Virus record (IMG/VR): IMGVR_UViG_3300021976_000006
Coordinates: 30,232 to 94,231 of that record
From: a virus
Strand: one strand, 5' to 3'
Length of the DNA stretch: 64,000 bases
A program made the translations under genes and the position numbers. The notes below the pieces were generated by a model, which had not been told where the DNA came from, searched no databases, and was given only the letters and a program-made list of their open reading frames with translations. Below, piece by piece: positions 49,410 through 60,043 of the stretch (positions are counted from its first letter, which is position 1; each line of letters starts with the position of its first letter).

Positions 49410-50147
49410 ATGGAAAAAAAGGTATTATACAAAACCAAATTTGGTAAACCTATTGTCGAAGGACAAAAATATTCTGTTGTTACCAAAGATAACAGAGTAA
49501 TACAAACAGTTGCATCTACAAGAACACCTGAAGATGAATCAATTGTTGAAAGATTTTTAACAAAAACTGGAGCTGACAAATTTGTTAAAGCTCAATTAGT
49601 TAAACCAGGACCAACAAGATCTGCTAAAGAAGCTGCTGAAGATATAATAGCTAAATTACCTATTTTTGAACAATTGGAATATATTTGTGAAAAAGAAGAA
49701 TTTGTTGAATGGTTAAAACGTAATACTTTAAAAGTAAATTCTAACTCTACTGGTGTATTTTTACTTCAAGGAAATACTAGTCGTAGATTAATGTCATTTA
49801 CTTGGAATATGAGAAGTAATACAATGTCTTGTTGTGGAGCTACAGAAATGAATAATCATAGTGGTGAATTAGATGCTACTGCTGCTAGATCTTTAACAAA
49901 GGAAAGACTTATAATTTTAGCAGAATATCTAGTTAATGATTTTAATTTAGCATGTAGAATGGGTGCTAAAAATAGAGGAGTTGTAACCTATGTTAGAAAT
50001 CCAGATAACTTATCAGATTTATCTGCTAGAATTGGATTCTTATTAGCAGCATCAGATTTGTTTGTTAAAACAGGTCGATTTATAAATCCTAATTCAAGTA
50101 ACACTTTAGATGTATATGCTATATCTGATAAATGGTATGTGAGTTAA
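49410..50147 (+). CDS. Hypothetical protein
   Basis: 245 aa with SCCGATE and FINPNS. Confidence 0.55.
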   Translation: MEKKVLYKTKFGKPIVEGQKYSVVTKDNRVIQTVASTRTPEDESIVERFLTKTGADKFVKAQLVKPGPTRSAKEAAEDIIAKLPIFEQLEYICEKEEFVEWLKRNTLKVNSNSTGVFLLQGNTSRRLMSFTWNMRSNTMSCCGATEMNNHSGELDATAARSLTKERLIILAEYLVNDFNLACRMGAKNRGVVTYVRNPDNLSDLSARIGFLLAASDLFVKTGRFINPNSSNTLDVYAISDKWYVS

Positions 50148-50162
50148 TAAAAACTAAAAATA

Positions 50163-52139
50163 ATGAATGAGGAAGAAATAAAAGTAGCAGAAACAGAATA
50201 TTCTAGAGCTATAAGTGAGGATGAAATAAAAGAAAAATTTAATTCATATAGAGAAAGTATAAAATCAGGAGTTGATCCTTACATAAACTATAGAAATCAA
50301 CAACTAAATGCTGAATATCTTCAAAATAATAATCCTTTTATGAATGATGTATTTGGCTCAAAACCTAAAACTCCTATAGAGTCATATAGAACAGTTTTTA
50401 TGGATACTAGTGATGCACCTGATACTTATAATGGGAGTTTTAATATTCAATTCAAAGATAATCCTGCTTTTAATATAAAAAATGAAGAAATAGAGACAAT
50501 ACCAGAGCCAAGAATAAAAGTACCAGAACCAGTAGTTGGATCAATGGCTTGGTATACTGAAAAATTTGGAAAAACTATTGCTGAAAAAGTTGTTAAAAAA
50601 GCATATAGTAAAGAATTACTACAGTCTATTGGTAATTCAAATAGTGACCAATATGGTCAAGCAAAACCAGTAAATATTAGTAAAATAATGGTTAATAATA
50701 ATACTGTAAATTATAAATATGGATCTTATACTAATTTACCAGAAGCGGTTCCTGAAGAAAATATACAAGTAGGTGCCTTTGATTTTGATGACTTACCAGA
50801 TTTAGATTGGGATAATGCAGAAAAATTAGAAAATGAAGTAGAAGAACAACCAAAAGTAATGAAAAAAGATTATCAATATAGAGTAATCTTATCTCATAAT
50901 AAGATGAAAATTAATTATATTCAATGTCCTGTTGATTACAAAGGTTCAGATGCTGATTTATTAGCAACCGCTACTGTTGGAAGTAATAGAGATATAAGAT
51001 TAATTGGTTATATTCCTAAATTTGATAAGAGCGGTAAAGAAATAATACCACCAAAGAAAAAAGGTAAATATATGCCTCCTAAATATCCTGGTCTAGTTAA
51101 TAGAAATACAATTCCTATATCAGAGTTTATTGAAAAAACAAATAGTATATTTACTAGAGAAATAACTTTTGATGAATTTTTTAGAGCTAAAAGTATTTCT
51201 AGAATGAATAAAAGACAACTTAATCAACGAATAGTTGATGAAAATTGTCCAATTAATATGTTAGTTTATGATAATATTTCTAGTCAATATGGTATCACTA
51301 CTGGAAATATCAGAAATAATACATTTTTAGAGGTTATTACTATTGCTAATATGCATGGTGCTAATGGATATATTGATAAATCTCAATTTAGGTTAGAGGA
51401 ATTCAATTCTGCCGTTATTGATATTGTCGCTGATGACAGAATATTAATGAGATTTTTTAGAGCTAAACCTGGAAGTTCACTTAAATCTAGAACTCTTTAC
51501 GGAGGTACCATAGCTGAAAGAAAGAGATTAGATGGTAAAATATTAGGTGATGATAGAATATTAATACGTGAAAACTATGTAATTGATATTAATAAACCTG
51601 GTAATTTAGTATTACAAATTGTTAACGATAATAGAGACGCATATATATATACATTAGCTGAAGAATCTAAATTATTAACAATTAATCCTGATCAACTTCA
51701 AAAACTTAGAGGTAAAACTATTAAAAAAGTTGAGAAAAATAAACAAGCTATTATTAGAGATGATAGAAGACTTAAGGGTCTTAAAAAAGGAGATGTAGTA
51801 TTGGTGGAGGCCATATTGACAAAACCAAGTAAAAGTTTATCTTTAGTAACAATTATGGCTAATGGTAAAAGACAAACAATTTTCTTAAAACAATTAAAGC
51901 CTTATGCTGAAATCGATAAAAAAACCGTTAAAAAAGAGAGTAAACCAAGTGGTATCATCGACGTCAGTAAAACGTCAGGCAGTCTCTACAACGAAAGTAG
52001 TAAAGAAACCACTAGTGAAATTAAACCTAAAGCCGTTGTTAAAAAAAGAGCAGCCAAAACAACTGTTATCAGCGAAGGTATTAGTTCGTACATCTTCTCA
52101 AACAAAGATCACTCAAACATCGTCGAGCTCCCTTTTTAA
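50163..52139 (+). CDS. Large hypothetical protein
   Basis: 658 aa ending ELPF; overlaps the next ORF by 236 nt. Confidence 0.6.
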   Translation: MNEEEIKVAETEYSRAISEDEIKEKFNSYRESIKSGVDPYINYRNQQLNAEYLQNNNPFMNDVFGSKPKTPIESYRTVFMDTSDAPDTYNGSFNIQFKDNPAFNIKNEEIETIPEPRIKVPEPVVGSMAWYTEKFGKTIAEKVVKKAYSKELLQSIGNSNSDQYGQAKPVNISKIMVNNNTVNYKYGSYTNLPEAVPEENIQVGAFDFDDLPDLDWDNAEKLENEVEEQPKVMKKDYQYRVILSHNKMKINYIQCPVDYKGSDADLLATATVGSNRDIRLIGYIPKFDKSGKEIIPPKKKGKYMPPKYPGLVNRNTIPISEFIEKTNSIFTREITFDEFFRAKSISRMNKRQLNQRIVDENCPINMLVYDNISSQYGITTGNIRNNTFLEVITIANMHGANGYIDKSQFRLEEFNSAVIDIVADDRILMRFFRAKPGSSLKSRTLYGGTIAERKRLDGKILGDDRILIRENYVIDINKPGNLVLQIVNDNRDAYIYTLAEESKLLTINPDQLQKLRGKTIKKVEKNKQAIIRDDRRLKGLKKGDVVLVEAILTKPSKSLSLVTIMANGKRQTIFLKQLKPYAEIDKKTVKKESKPSGIIDVSKTSGSLYNESSKETTSEIKPKAVVKKRAAKTTVISEGISSYIFSNKDHSNIVELPF

Positions 52140-53010
52140 GACTAAAGCCAAAGAAAGAGTTGAGAAATCTAAAGGGCCTTGGAAACCAAAGATAAGAAGT
52201 AGACATCCATCTCATAGTATTTTGAGAAGGAAACTACCTTTTTTACCTTTTTTATCCGTTGTTCGTTTAGGATCTACTACTGAAGTACCTGATACTTTAG
52301 ATAAAGGTGGAAGACGTATTGAATGTAATTCTATTGAAGCTATTAGGAATAGTTCTTCTAAATTTAGAATGAAAGAATGTTTTATGAAAGCTGAAGTAAA
52401 AACAGCTAATTGGACAGATAAAGTAGATAATATTGGAACTTTACATGAAGATTGGAAAACCCCAATTGTAGCTAAAAGTATCTATGGATCTAAAGGTAAA
52501 GGTAATACTTTAATTAGAACACAAGATGAATTTGATCAGTGGAGAAAAGGTAGAGATATAAATCACTATATTTTTGAAGCTTTTTATAATTATTCATTAG
52601 AATATCGACTTCATATTACAAGTGAAGGTTGCTTCTACACATGTAGAAAGGCTTTAAAGCCAGATGTACCTGAATCTGAAAAATGGAGAAGACATGATGA
52701 TGTTTGTGTATGGTTAATGGAAACCAATGAAGGTTTTAAAAGACCTAATAGCTGGAATGATATTGTTAGTGATTGCATCAAAGCTTTAAAAGCTGTTGGT
52801 GCAGATGTATTATCCTTTGATGTAAAAGTCCAAGGAGGAAATACAGGAAAAGGGAAACAGAGAGAGTATCAAGACTATATATTAATCGAGTGTAATTCTG
52901 CAAGTTCTATGTCAAATGGTGTAGACGAAGTGTCAGTTTGTGCTAGTAAATATATTGAGGAGATACCAAAAATATTGCGTAGAAAACATGGGTTACAAAA
53001 CAAACTATAA
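51904..53010 (+). CDS. ATP-grasp peptide ligase (phiEco32/YheCD-like)
   Basis: N..EAI.NSSSK..MK, PIVAK..YGSKGKG, EYRLH, DVK, ILIECNSA. Confidence 0.75.
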   Translation: MLKSIKKPLKKRVNQVVSSTSVKRQAVSTTKVVKKPLVKLNLKPLLKKEQPKQLLSAKVLVRTSSQTKITQTSSSSLFKTKAKERVEKSKGPWKPKIRSRHPSHSILRRKLPFLPFLSVVRLGSTTEVPDTLDKGGRRIECNSIEAIRNSSSKFRMKECFMKAEVKTANWTDKVDNIGTLHEDWKTPIVAKSIYGSKGKGNTLIRTQDEFDQWRKGRDINHYIFEAFYNYSLEYRLHITSEGCFYTCRKALKPDVPESEKWRRHDDVCVWLMETNEGFKRPNSWNDIVSDCIKALKAVGADVLSFDVKVQGGNTGKGKQREYQDYILIECNSASSMSNGVDEVSVCASKYIEEIPKILRRKHGLQNKL

Positions 53011-53785
53011 AATATTTAATACATCAGATAAAACAACGGTATTCTCTAATAGGAGTACCGCTTGTTTTGCTGAATGGAGTAGTGTACCATCTGATGATAA
53101 AGCTAAAGGCTTTAAAAAAGAATGGAGTATGGAAGTCTATTCAACATTATCTGATATGAATCTAAAAGATTATTCTTTAGTGAAATATTGGATGGAGATA
53201 TTAAATGATTTAGGATTAAAAGCTACTTATGAAAAAGTAGATTTAAAAAAATATGTTGGTGAATTACCAATAGGACTTGATAAAACAGATAAAGCTTGGA
53301 TGTGGACATTTCATTTTGCAGATTATACATCAAAAGCACAATTACGATTTGCTTTACATTTGATGAGATATCTATATGAAGTAGATATGTGGAAAGCAAT
53401 TGAAGAAACCAAAAAACTATCTAAAGAATATCCAAATATACATCCATTTGAGTTATTTCAATATGCTCAAATGTGGACTTGTGGATATTTAGGAGGTGGT
53501 CATATATTATGGAGCAGTAGAAGCTTTAAAAGATTTGTAACTAAATCTGATTTAGAAACTTATTATAAAAAATGGGCTATAGAAAAAGAAAATTACAATG
53601 AAGTACATGGTATGTTAGCTAAATATAGTTTATATACCTATAAATATGTATCTTATACTTTACCAAAAGATGAAAAATCTGAAAGAAATAGAATACTACA
53701 AGATAAATTAATGAAGGGACCTTTATTAACTATTGAACAATATAAAGAAGAAATTAAAAAATTTGAAAATGACGAAACCAAATGA
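52988..53785 (+). CDS. Hypothetical protein in the ligase cluster
   Basis: ATG at 52988 in frame with the track ORF. Confidence 0.55.
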   Translation: MGYKTNYKIFNTSDKTTVFSNRSTACFAEWSSVPSDDKAKGFKKEWSMEVYSTLSDMNLKDYSLVKYWMEILNDLGLKATYEKVDLKKYVGELPIGLDKTDKAWMWTFHFADYTSKAQLRFALHLMRYLYEVDMWKAIEETKKLSKEYPNIHPFELFQYAQMWTCGYLGGGHILWSSRSFKRFVTKSDLETYYKKWAIEKENYNEVHGMLAKYSLYTYKYVSYTLPKDEKSERNRILQDKLMKGPLLTIEQYKEEIKKFENDETK

Positions 53786-54494
53786 TAAAATTCAAAACCA
53801 GTGGAAAGACAAGTTTAAAGTATTTGTTATAGGAGGTAATAGATTTTATGCCAATTGGGTAGGTGAGACAGTAGCTACTATGGAAGAAGCTGATATAGTC
53901 TTATTTACAGGTGGAGAAGATGTTACTCCAGAACTATACAATGAACCTCAACATCCAAAAACCTTCTGTAATCCGGAAAGAGATGCTGATGAGTCTAAAG
54001 CTTTTGATAAAGCTCAAGAACTTAAAAAGCATTGTCTTGGAATTTGCCGCGGAAGTCAGTTTTTGTGCGTTATGGCAGGAGGAAAATTAGTACAACATCA
54101 AGAAAATCCGGTATTTGTTCATAATACTATTTCATATGATCTAGATGAAAGTTTTGAAATTACTTCAACACATCATCAAGCACAATATCCATATGATTTA
54201 CCAAAAGATAATTATAGAGTATTAGCATGGACAAAAGGAATAAGTAATATTCACCAAGATGGTAGTGGCCAAGAAATGCCTTTACCAGGTGAAAAAGAAT
54301 GTGAAATTGTATTTTATAAAAATACAAAATCATTAGGAATCCAAGGACATCCAGAAATGATGTTTAGAAAAGATAAATATGAACATAGTTTTAAAATATT
54401 GAATAAAATACTTATAAATTTTATGAACAATGTTTATAATATGACTTGTGGAAGAACAATGGTACAAATAATGGATATAGAACCAGAATTATAA
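53769..54494 (+). CDS. Class I glutamine amidotransferase / peptidase C26
   Basis: FTGGEDV, GICRGSQ, STHHQ, IQGHPE. Confidence 0.88.
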   Translation: MTKPNDKIQNQWKDKFKVFVIGGNRFYANWVGETVATMEEADIVLFTGGEDVTPELYNEPQHPKTFCNPERDADESKAFDKAQELKKHCLGICRGSQFLCVMAGGKLVQHQENPVFVHNTISYDLDESFEITSTHHQAQYPYDLPKDNYRVLAWTKGISNIHQDGSGQEMPLPGEKECEIVFYKNTKSLGIQGHPEMMFRKDKYEHSFKILNKILINFMNNVYNMTCGRTMVQIMDIEPEL

Positions 54495-54496
54495 GA

Positions 54497-54877
54497 ATGA
54501 TAAATAAAAAAATATTGGTCTATGGAAGCCTAAGATCAGGAGAATTTAATTTTAACAGATTTAAAGAATATTTTCCAAATGGAATTGAATACATTAAAAC
54601 AACAACGGTAAAAGGATTTGATCTACATAGTTTAGGTTCTTATCCTGGTATAGTTAAATCTAAAGATCCAGAAAAAGAATTAGTAGTAGATATTATGCAT
54701 TGTGATAATCCTTGCTACTATGCTATTAATGGTATGGAATTAGGTGCTGGATATAAAAATGAAGATGTTTTAATTGAAGGTGTTCCTCATACAATTTATG
54801 TATATCAAGGTAATCCAAATAGACTAGTAGAGTCTGGTGATTGGAGTAAACACTTAAAAGATGTCAAAACTAGATAA
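54497..54877 (+). CDS. Gamma-glutamylcyclotransferase (AIG2-like)
   Basis: VYGSLR, LGSYPG, ME...GY, SGDW. Confidence 0.85.
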   Translation: MINKKILVYGSLRSGEFNFNRFKEYFPNGIEYIKTTTVKGFDLHSLGSYPGIVKSKDPEKELVVDIMHCDNPCYYAINGMELGAGYKNEDVLIEGVPHTIYVYQGNPNRLVESGDWSKHLKDVKTR

Positions 54878-55083
54878 AAGTTGGAAAGAAGAAGTACCTA
54901 ATTATACAGATAGTTGTAAAACTACTTATATAGCAGGTGCTTCTGCTTTTCAAGAAAGAACTATTAGAAAGCTAAAAAGAGAAATATCTATACACAAAAA
55001 ATGCTCCTCTTGGTATAAGAAAAGTAGGACTAAAAATTGCGTTAGAAATTATTAAAAATTTAAAATCACATTAACCATTAGAT

Positions 55084-55902
55084 ATGGAAAATAAAATTAA
55101 TATGGGTAGCATCTTAGTAGGTGCTGATCCTGAAGCATTTGTAAGAGATAAATATACAGGAGAAATTGTTTCAGCAATTGGACATATTCCTGGTGATAAA
55201 GATCGTCCTCACCCTATTAGTGAGCAAGGGCATGCTATTCAAACAGATAATGTTATGGTAGAGTTTTGTGTTCCACCATCTAAATCAGGTAAAGAACTAT
55301 TTGGTCATATTACCTATTGTTTAGGTATTATTAATAGTATGTTACCAGCTAACATAGAAACTATTGTACAGGCATCTGCAACTTTAGATAAACGATTTTT
55401 AAAATGTAAACAAGCAAAAACATTTGGATGTGATCCTGATTTTGATGTTTATACTTTAGCTCCTAATACTCCTCCTGATTCAAAAGGTCAATTGAGAAGT
55501 GCTGGTGGACATATTCATGTTGGATATGAACAACCTAACTTTCAACATAATCTTAAGATTGTAAGAGCTATGGATTTATTCTTAGGTATTCCATCTATTT
55601 TATTAGATAAAGATACTGAAAGAAAGAAAATGTATGGTAAAGCAGGAGCTTATAGAGAAAAACCATATGGTGTTGAATATCGTGTATTATCTAATTTTTG
55701 GATAGAAAATGAAATAACTACTGAATGGGCATTTAATCAAACTATGAAAGCTGTTCAATATGCTTCTGAAGAAGATTGGATTGATGATGAAACATCAGTT
55801 AATATTCAATTAGCAATTAATAACCAAGATTTAGCTTTAGCTTGTACAATTGCTAAACGTTTTGATATACTTTTGGACTTTCAAGAGAGATATTTAGTTT
55901 AA
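55084..55902 (+). CDS. phiEco32-like COOH-NH2 ligase type 2
   Basis: GADPE, DNVMVEF, FGCDPD, RSAGGHIHVG, YGKAG..R.KPYGVEYRVLSNFW. Confidence 0.9.
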   Translation: MENKINMGSILVGADPEAFVRDKYTGEIVSAIGHIPGDKDRPHPISEQGHAIQTDNVMVEFCVPPSKSGKELFGHITYCLGIINSMLPANIETIVQASATLDKRFLKCKQAKTFGCDPDFDVYTLAPNTPPDSKGQLRSAGGHIHVGYEQPNFQHNLKIVRAMDLFLGIPSILLDKDTERKKMYGKAGAYREKPYGVEYRVLSNFWIENEITTEWAFNQTMKAVQYASEEDWIDDETSVNIQLAINNQDLALACTIAKRFDILLDFQERYLV

Positions 55903-55918
55903 TATAAAATAATTAAAA

Positions 55919-57664
55919 ATGAATTTAGAAAACATTATACTTACAATAGTCTTAATAAATACCATTGCCTTTGGTATTACAAAATTTATATTTAAGCGTA
56001 GATATACAGCATTTTTTTGTGGTATAATTGGTTTTAGTTCAAAAAAGAATTCTAATCCTGATAAGCTATCTTTGTTAATGCTTCATAACTCTCTAAAAAG
56101 AGGTGAAGATAATACAGGTAGTTATAGTCCAGAAAATGGAGTTCTTAAGTCTACTAAAAACGCAACAGATTTTTTATCTGAATTTGAGATGCCTAAAACA
56201 CATCTATTTATAGGTCACGTTAGAAAATCTAGCGTTGGATCTAAAATAGAACAAAATGCTCATCCAATTGAATATGATAATATAGTACTTGCTCATAATG
56301 GTACTTTGAAAAATTATTGGAAAATGCTAGCTGATGCTAAAATTGACAGTAAAGATATTAATACTGATACTCAAGTTTTAACAAAATTGTTAGATGAAGA
56401 TAGTAAGAAAGAAAATGTAGTGTTTTCTACATTAAGTTTATATGAAGGAGCCGCTGCATTATTATTCACAGATAAAAGACAACCAGATATTCTATATGCT
56501 TATAGAAATAATGAAAGACCATTATTTTGGGGTATGGTAGAAGGAAGTATGTATATATCTTCAATGGAAGAAAGTTTAAAAATTATAGGATGTGTTGAAA
56601 CTGAAGAATTTCTACCATTATATGTTCATACTATTAAAGGTGGGAAGATATTATCATCTACATTTTATAAAGAAAGAGAAGAACCAGTTATTGCAAGACA
56701 TACTACTTATCGTCCAACAGAGTATGGAAATATTACAAATGTTAAATATAAAAACGCTGAAGATAGTGCTGAAGAATTTGTTAAAAAAATAAAAGCAGCA
56801 GAAAGCGTTAATACAGAGAAATTAGTTGATAAATGGGTAAAAGCAACAATTGATTTTGACGATGAATATGGTGATGAAACAAATAAAGCAAAAATAACCA
56901 GAGGTAAATGGTATTTTATCGATGATAGCTCAGTTACTAATGAGTTTGATATTCAATTTAAAGATGATGCTAACAATAGTGTGTGGTTAAACAAATTTAT
57001 GTTTAATACTACTTTTATTGGTTATCCAAATGGATATTGTCAAGCAGTTGTTAATATTTTTGATTTAGATAAAAATCCAGCAAGTGTCTTATTCACAAAA
57101 GATACAATTATATCATTAGCGCCAAATGCAATTATTGATAAAGAAAATAAATTAAGCTGTGTTGCAAACTCAGATATTTTTGATATTGAAGTTAGTTGTA
57201 TTCGTCCTGTTGAAGACAGTGAAGTTGAAAAGTTTGCAGAGAAATCTATGAAACAAATTAATGAAGAACTGAAAGGAGGCTCGCAGAAAGCTATAAATTT
57301 TACTGATGTGGTACTGAAAAAAGACGGTACCAATATCTCAGAATTTGTAATGAACTCTGATAGAGATGATGATACAATGATAATATTACCACAAATGAAA
57401 ATTGTTAAAGATGATAAAGAAGAATCACCGTTTGTAGATGCTGAAACTGAAATAATAATAGAACCTGATGAAACTGAAGAAGTAGTTCATTATATTCTAG
57501 ATGTTCTCAGTGGACCAATGGATGATATTCAAGAATTAGTTATGGCAACTACATTTACAGAATTACAAGAAAAAGTTCAAGAATTTAAAGACTTAATGGA
57601 TGAATCATATAATGTTCAGATGGTTAAGGAGACTTTACTTGATGATAGTCAAACTGAAAGCTAA
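55919..57664 (+). CDS. Class II (Ntn) glutamine amidotransferase with hydrophobic leader and acidic C-terminal extension
   Basis: CGIIG at residue 34, RG.D..G, GHVRKSS.G, AHP, HNGTL, DT. Confidence 0.8.
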   Translation: MNLENIILTIVLINTIAFGITKFIFKRRYTAFFCGIIGFSSKKNSNPDKLSLLMLHNSLKRGEDNTGSYSPENGVLKSTKNATDFLSEFEMPKTHLFIGHVRKSSVGSKIEQNAHPIEYDNIVLAHNGTLKNYWKMLADAKIDSKDINTDTQVLTKLLDEDSKKENVVFSTLSLYEGAAALLFTDKRQPDILYAYRNNERPLFWGMVEGSMYISSMEESLKIIGCVETEEFLPLYVHTIKGGKILSSTFYKEREEPVIARHTTYRPTEYGNITNVKYKNAEDSAEEFVKKIKAAESVNTEKLVDKWVKATIDFDDEYGDETNKAKITRGKWYFIDDSSVTNEFDIQFKDDANNSVWLNKFMFNTTFIGYPNGYCQAVVNIFDLDKNPASVLFTKDTIISLAPNAIIDKENKLSCVANSDIFDIEVSCIRPVEDSEVEKFAEKSMKQINEELKGGSQKAINFTDVVLKKDGTNISEFVMNSDRDDDTMIILPQMKIVKDDKEESPFVDAETEIIIEPDETEEVVHYILDVLSGPMDDIQELVMATTFTELQEKVQEFKDLMDESYNVQMVKETLLDDSQTES

Positions 57665-57668
57665 AATT

Positions 57669-60043
57669 ATGAAAGAAGTAATAATAGACGGAAAACCTTA
57701 TCCCGCAGATAGTAAATACATAACTCAAGATTATATTAGTGGACAGTATATATTAACCTCAAAAGCAATAAATGTTTTAACATCTATAAATCTATTAAGA
57801 GATACAGGTTATGATGGAGAGGGAACAATTAAGCTAATGAGTATAGCTGAGGTTCCTCGCTATTTAAGAGAAGGTTTAATTAAAGTATTAATAACCAGAT
57901 TTGGTGATATTTACATTATTCCTAATGTAGCAATACGAGGAAGAGGTATATTACACGAATCTAGAAATGCAGATACTGCACATTTTATGTATGATGATTA
58001 TACACATCCTCGTCAAAATGTTGCTAATAAATTTAGAGCTTTTGATAATATTGTTAAAGCATTTAGAGATATTGACAATAGATTGATTCCTCAAGAAGAT
58101 AGAAGAATGCTTATGAAGAGGAATTTTGAGTATGGTGTTGATTCTACTACCTATAAAATACTTGGTGGATTTGGTTACACTTTTGGAGTTGAACTAGAGA
58201 CAAACTCTGGTAGACTATCACAAGATGATGTAATTGGATTAAATCTTAGATGTGAATTTGATGGTTCATTAAGAGATAACCCAGATCAAAGAAAAGAAGA
58301 TGTTCTTGGTAAAAGAAAAAAATCATAAATTATTTGTTTAATTTATAAATTATATGTATATTTGTACTGGAGGAGAATGTTAATGAAAACTCAAGTACAA
58401 GAAGATATTTTTGATAATTTAAATAATGAAAAAGTAAATTATTTTTTAGGATTACTAGCTACAGATGGTTCAATATATGAAAATAGAATTGAATTAGCTT
58501 TAGCTGAAAAAGATTTAGATATAGTAGAACAATTTAAAGAATTTTTAGATAATAAAGTTACAATAAGAGAGAAATATAAAACTATAAAAGATAAAACTTT
58601 TAAGTCATATAGATCTGCTTTTAGAAGTAATAATATTGTTAACACTTTAAATGGTTATGGAATAACTAAAAGAAAAACATTAAATTTAAAATTAACAATA
58701 CCATTTAATTATAATTTATTGAGAGGTATAATAGATGGAGATGGTTGTTTTTTATTTAACCCTGAAAAATATTGTAGTAAACTACATATAGTCTCAGCTT
58801 CTAAAGATTTTATAAATCAAATTATAAAATTTTATGAACAAGAAAACTATAAATATAATTTACTAGTTGTTATTCGTGGAAAATCAATTTACTACAATTT
58901 AAATATTTGTGGTCAAAAGGATTTATTAAGAATAATAAATAATTTATATCTAAACGCTAATGTATTTTCAAAAAGAAAATACGCAACGGCCCAACAGATT
59001 AGAAATAATCTTGTTGAAAGACTCGAAACTCAGGGAACCAGCGTTAGGAATCCTGAAGCAAGCCTGCAACTAAATGAAGAATAATTAAAGGAAAAAATGT
59101 GATTTAATTATTTTATGATATTTAGCCAAGAGGAAGCAGCAACGACTATAATGGGTCCATCTTAATATTAAGTTAAAGATGAAGGGATAGTCTAGGTGGA
59201 GAAAACCACTAGGGGGAATATATTACAGGAGTTCTAAAAGGAGATGCAGGAATGTATCAATTACAGAAAGTATGTAATAAGCTTGCTCAAAGATGTACAA
59301 TCAACAATAAATGTGGAGTTCACGTTCATATAGGTGGAGCAAAATTCACTAAAGAAAATATTGTATATATGTATATGTTAGGAGAGATTCTACAAAATGA
59401 AGTATATCAAATGCTACCAGCTTCAAGGAGAAGTAATAGTTATTGTAAGAAATTAAAAAATCTTACATTAAGTCCTAAAGCTTTAGCAGGTGTTAATACT
59501 TCTATTGGATATGAAATCCTAATAGATGATTTTTACAATAAAATTTTCAAAGAAGTTTCTCATGGTAAAGCACCAGATAGAAACTCTAATAAGAGAACAA
59601 ACCATCCAATGGGTAGTAAATGTGGTTATAATAAAGATACTCAGCGTTATTGCTGGTTAAACTTTGTTACTGCTATGTTTAATACTAAAAATAATCCAGA
59701 AGCTATGACTCTAGAGTTTAGATCTCATAGTGCAACTTTAAACTATAATAAGGTTAAAGCTTGGGTTAAAATTTGTATGGCATTTGTTTCTTTTGTTGAG
59801 AATAACAAAGCTTCTATCAAAAGAGGTTATTGGTTAGACTCAGAGAAAAATGAATATTCAATTGATTTATCTACAATTATTAAAGCAGCTTATCCTAAAG
59901 GATACAAACTTCTATTGAAGTATGTAGAAGAAAGGAAAAATAAGTTCTTTTATGATAAAGGAGACATTGAAGAAGAAGAGTATAAAACAGACAAAGACGG
60001 TATTAAACAACTAACTATTAAGGAGGACAGCCAATGTGTGTAA
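57669..60043 (+). CDS. Amidoligase (glutamine synthetase/COOH-NH2 ligase fold), spliced join(57669..58310,59213..60043)
   Basis: Exon 1 FGVELET...DGSL...VLG joins in frame to GEYITGVLKG...CGVHVHIG...RY.WLN...TLEFR.H. Confidence 0.8.
58311..59212 (+). mobile_element. Group I intron in the amidoligase gene
   Basis: Exon ends in U (GGT) and intron ends in G. P3 GACTCG/TGGGTC, P4 TCAGG/CCTGA, P7 GACTA/TAGTC, P9 GTGG-AGAAAA-CCAC. Confidence 0.82.
58377..59084 (+). CDS. Intron-encoded LAGLIDADG homing endonuclease
   Basis: YFLGLLATDGS and LLRGIIDGDG; start moved downstream of the TTTG-20 nt-TATATTTG promoter (58333-58364). Confidence 0.88.
   Translation: MLMKTQVQEDIFDNLNNEKVNYFLGLLATDGSIYENRIELALAEKDLDIVEQFKEFLDNKVTIREKYKTIKDKTFKSYRSAFRSNNIVNTLNGYGITKRKTLNLKLTIPFNYNLLRGIIDGDGCFLFNPEKYCSKLHIVSASKDFINQIIKFYEQENYKYNLLVVIRGKSIYYNLNICGQKDLLRIINNLYLNANVFSKRKYATAQQIRNNLVERLETQGTSVRNPEASLQLNEE

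Noticed and set aside
58989-58996. GCCCAACA in intron 1 is complementary to the helicase 5' exon end (TGTTGGGT), suggesting cross-splicing
   Set aside because: Most of it is used in the local P2 hairpin, and the helicase intron has its own P1; likely coincidence.
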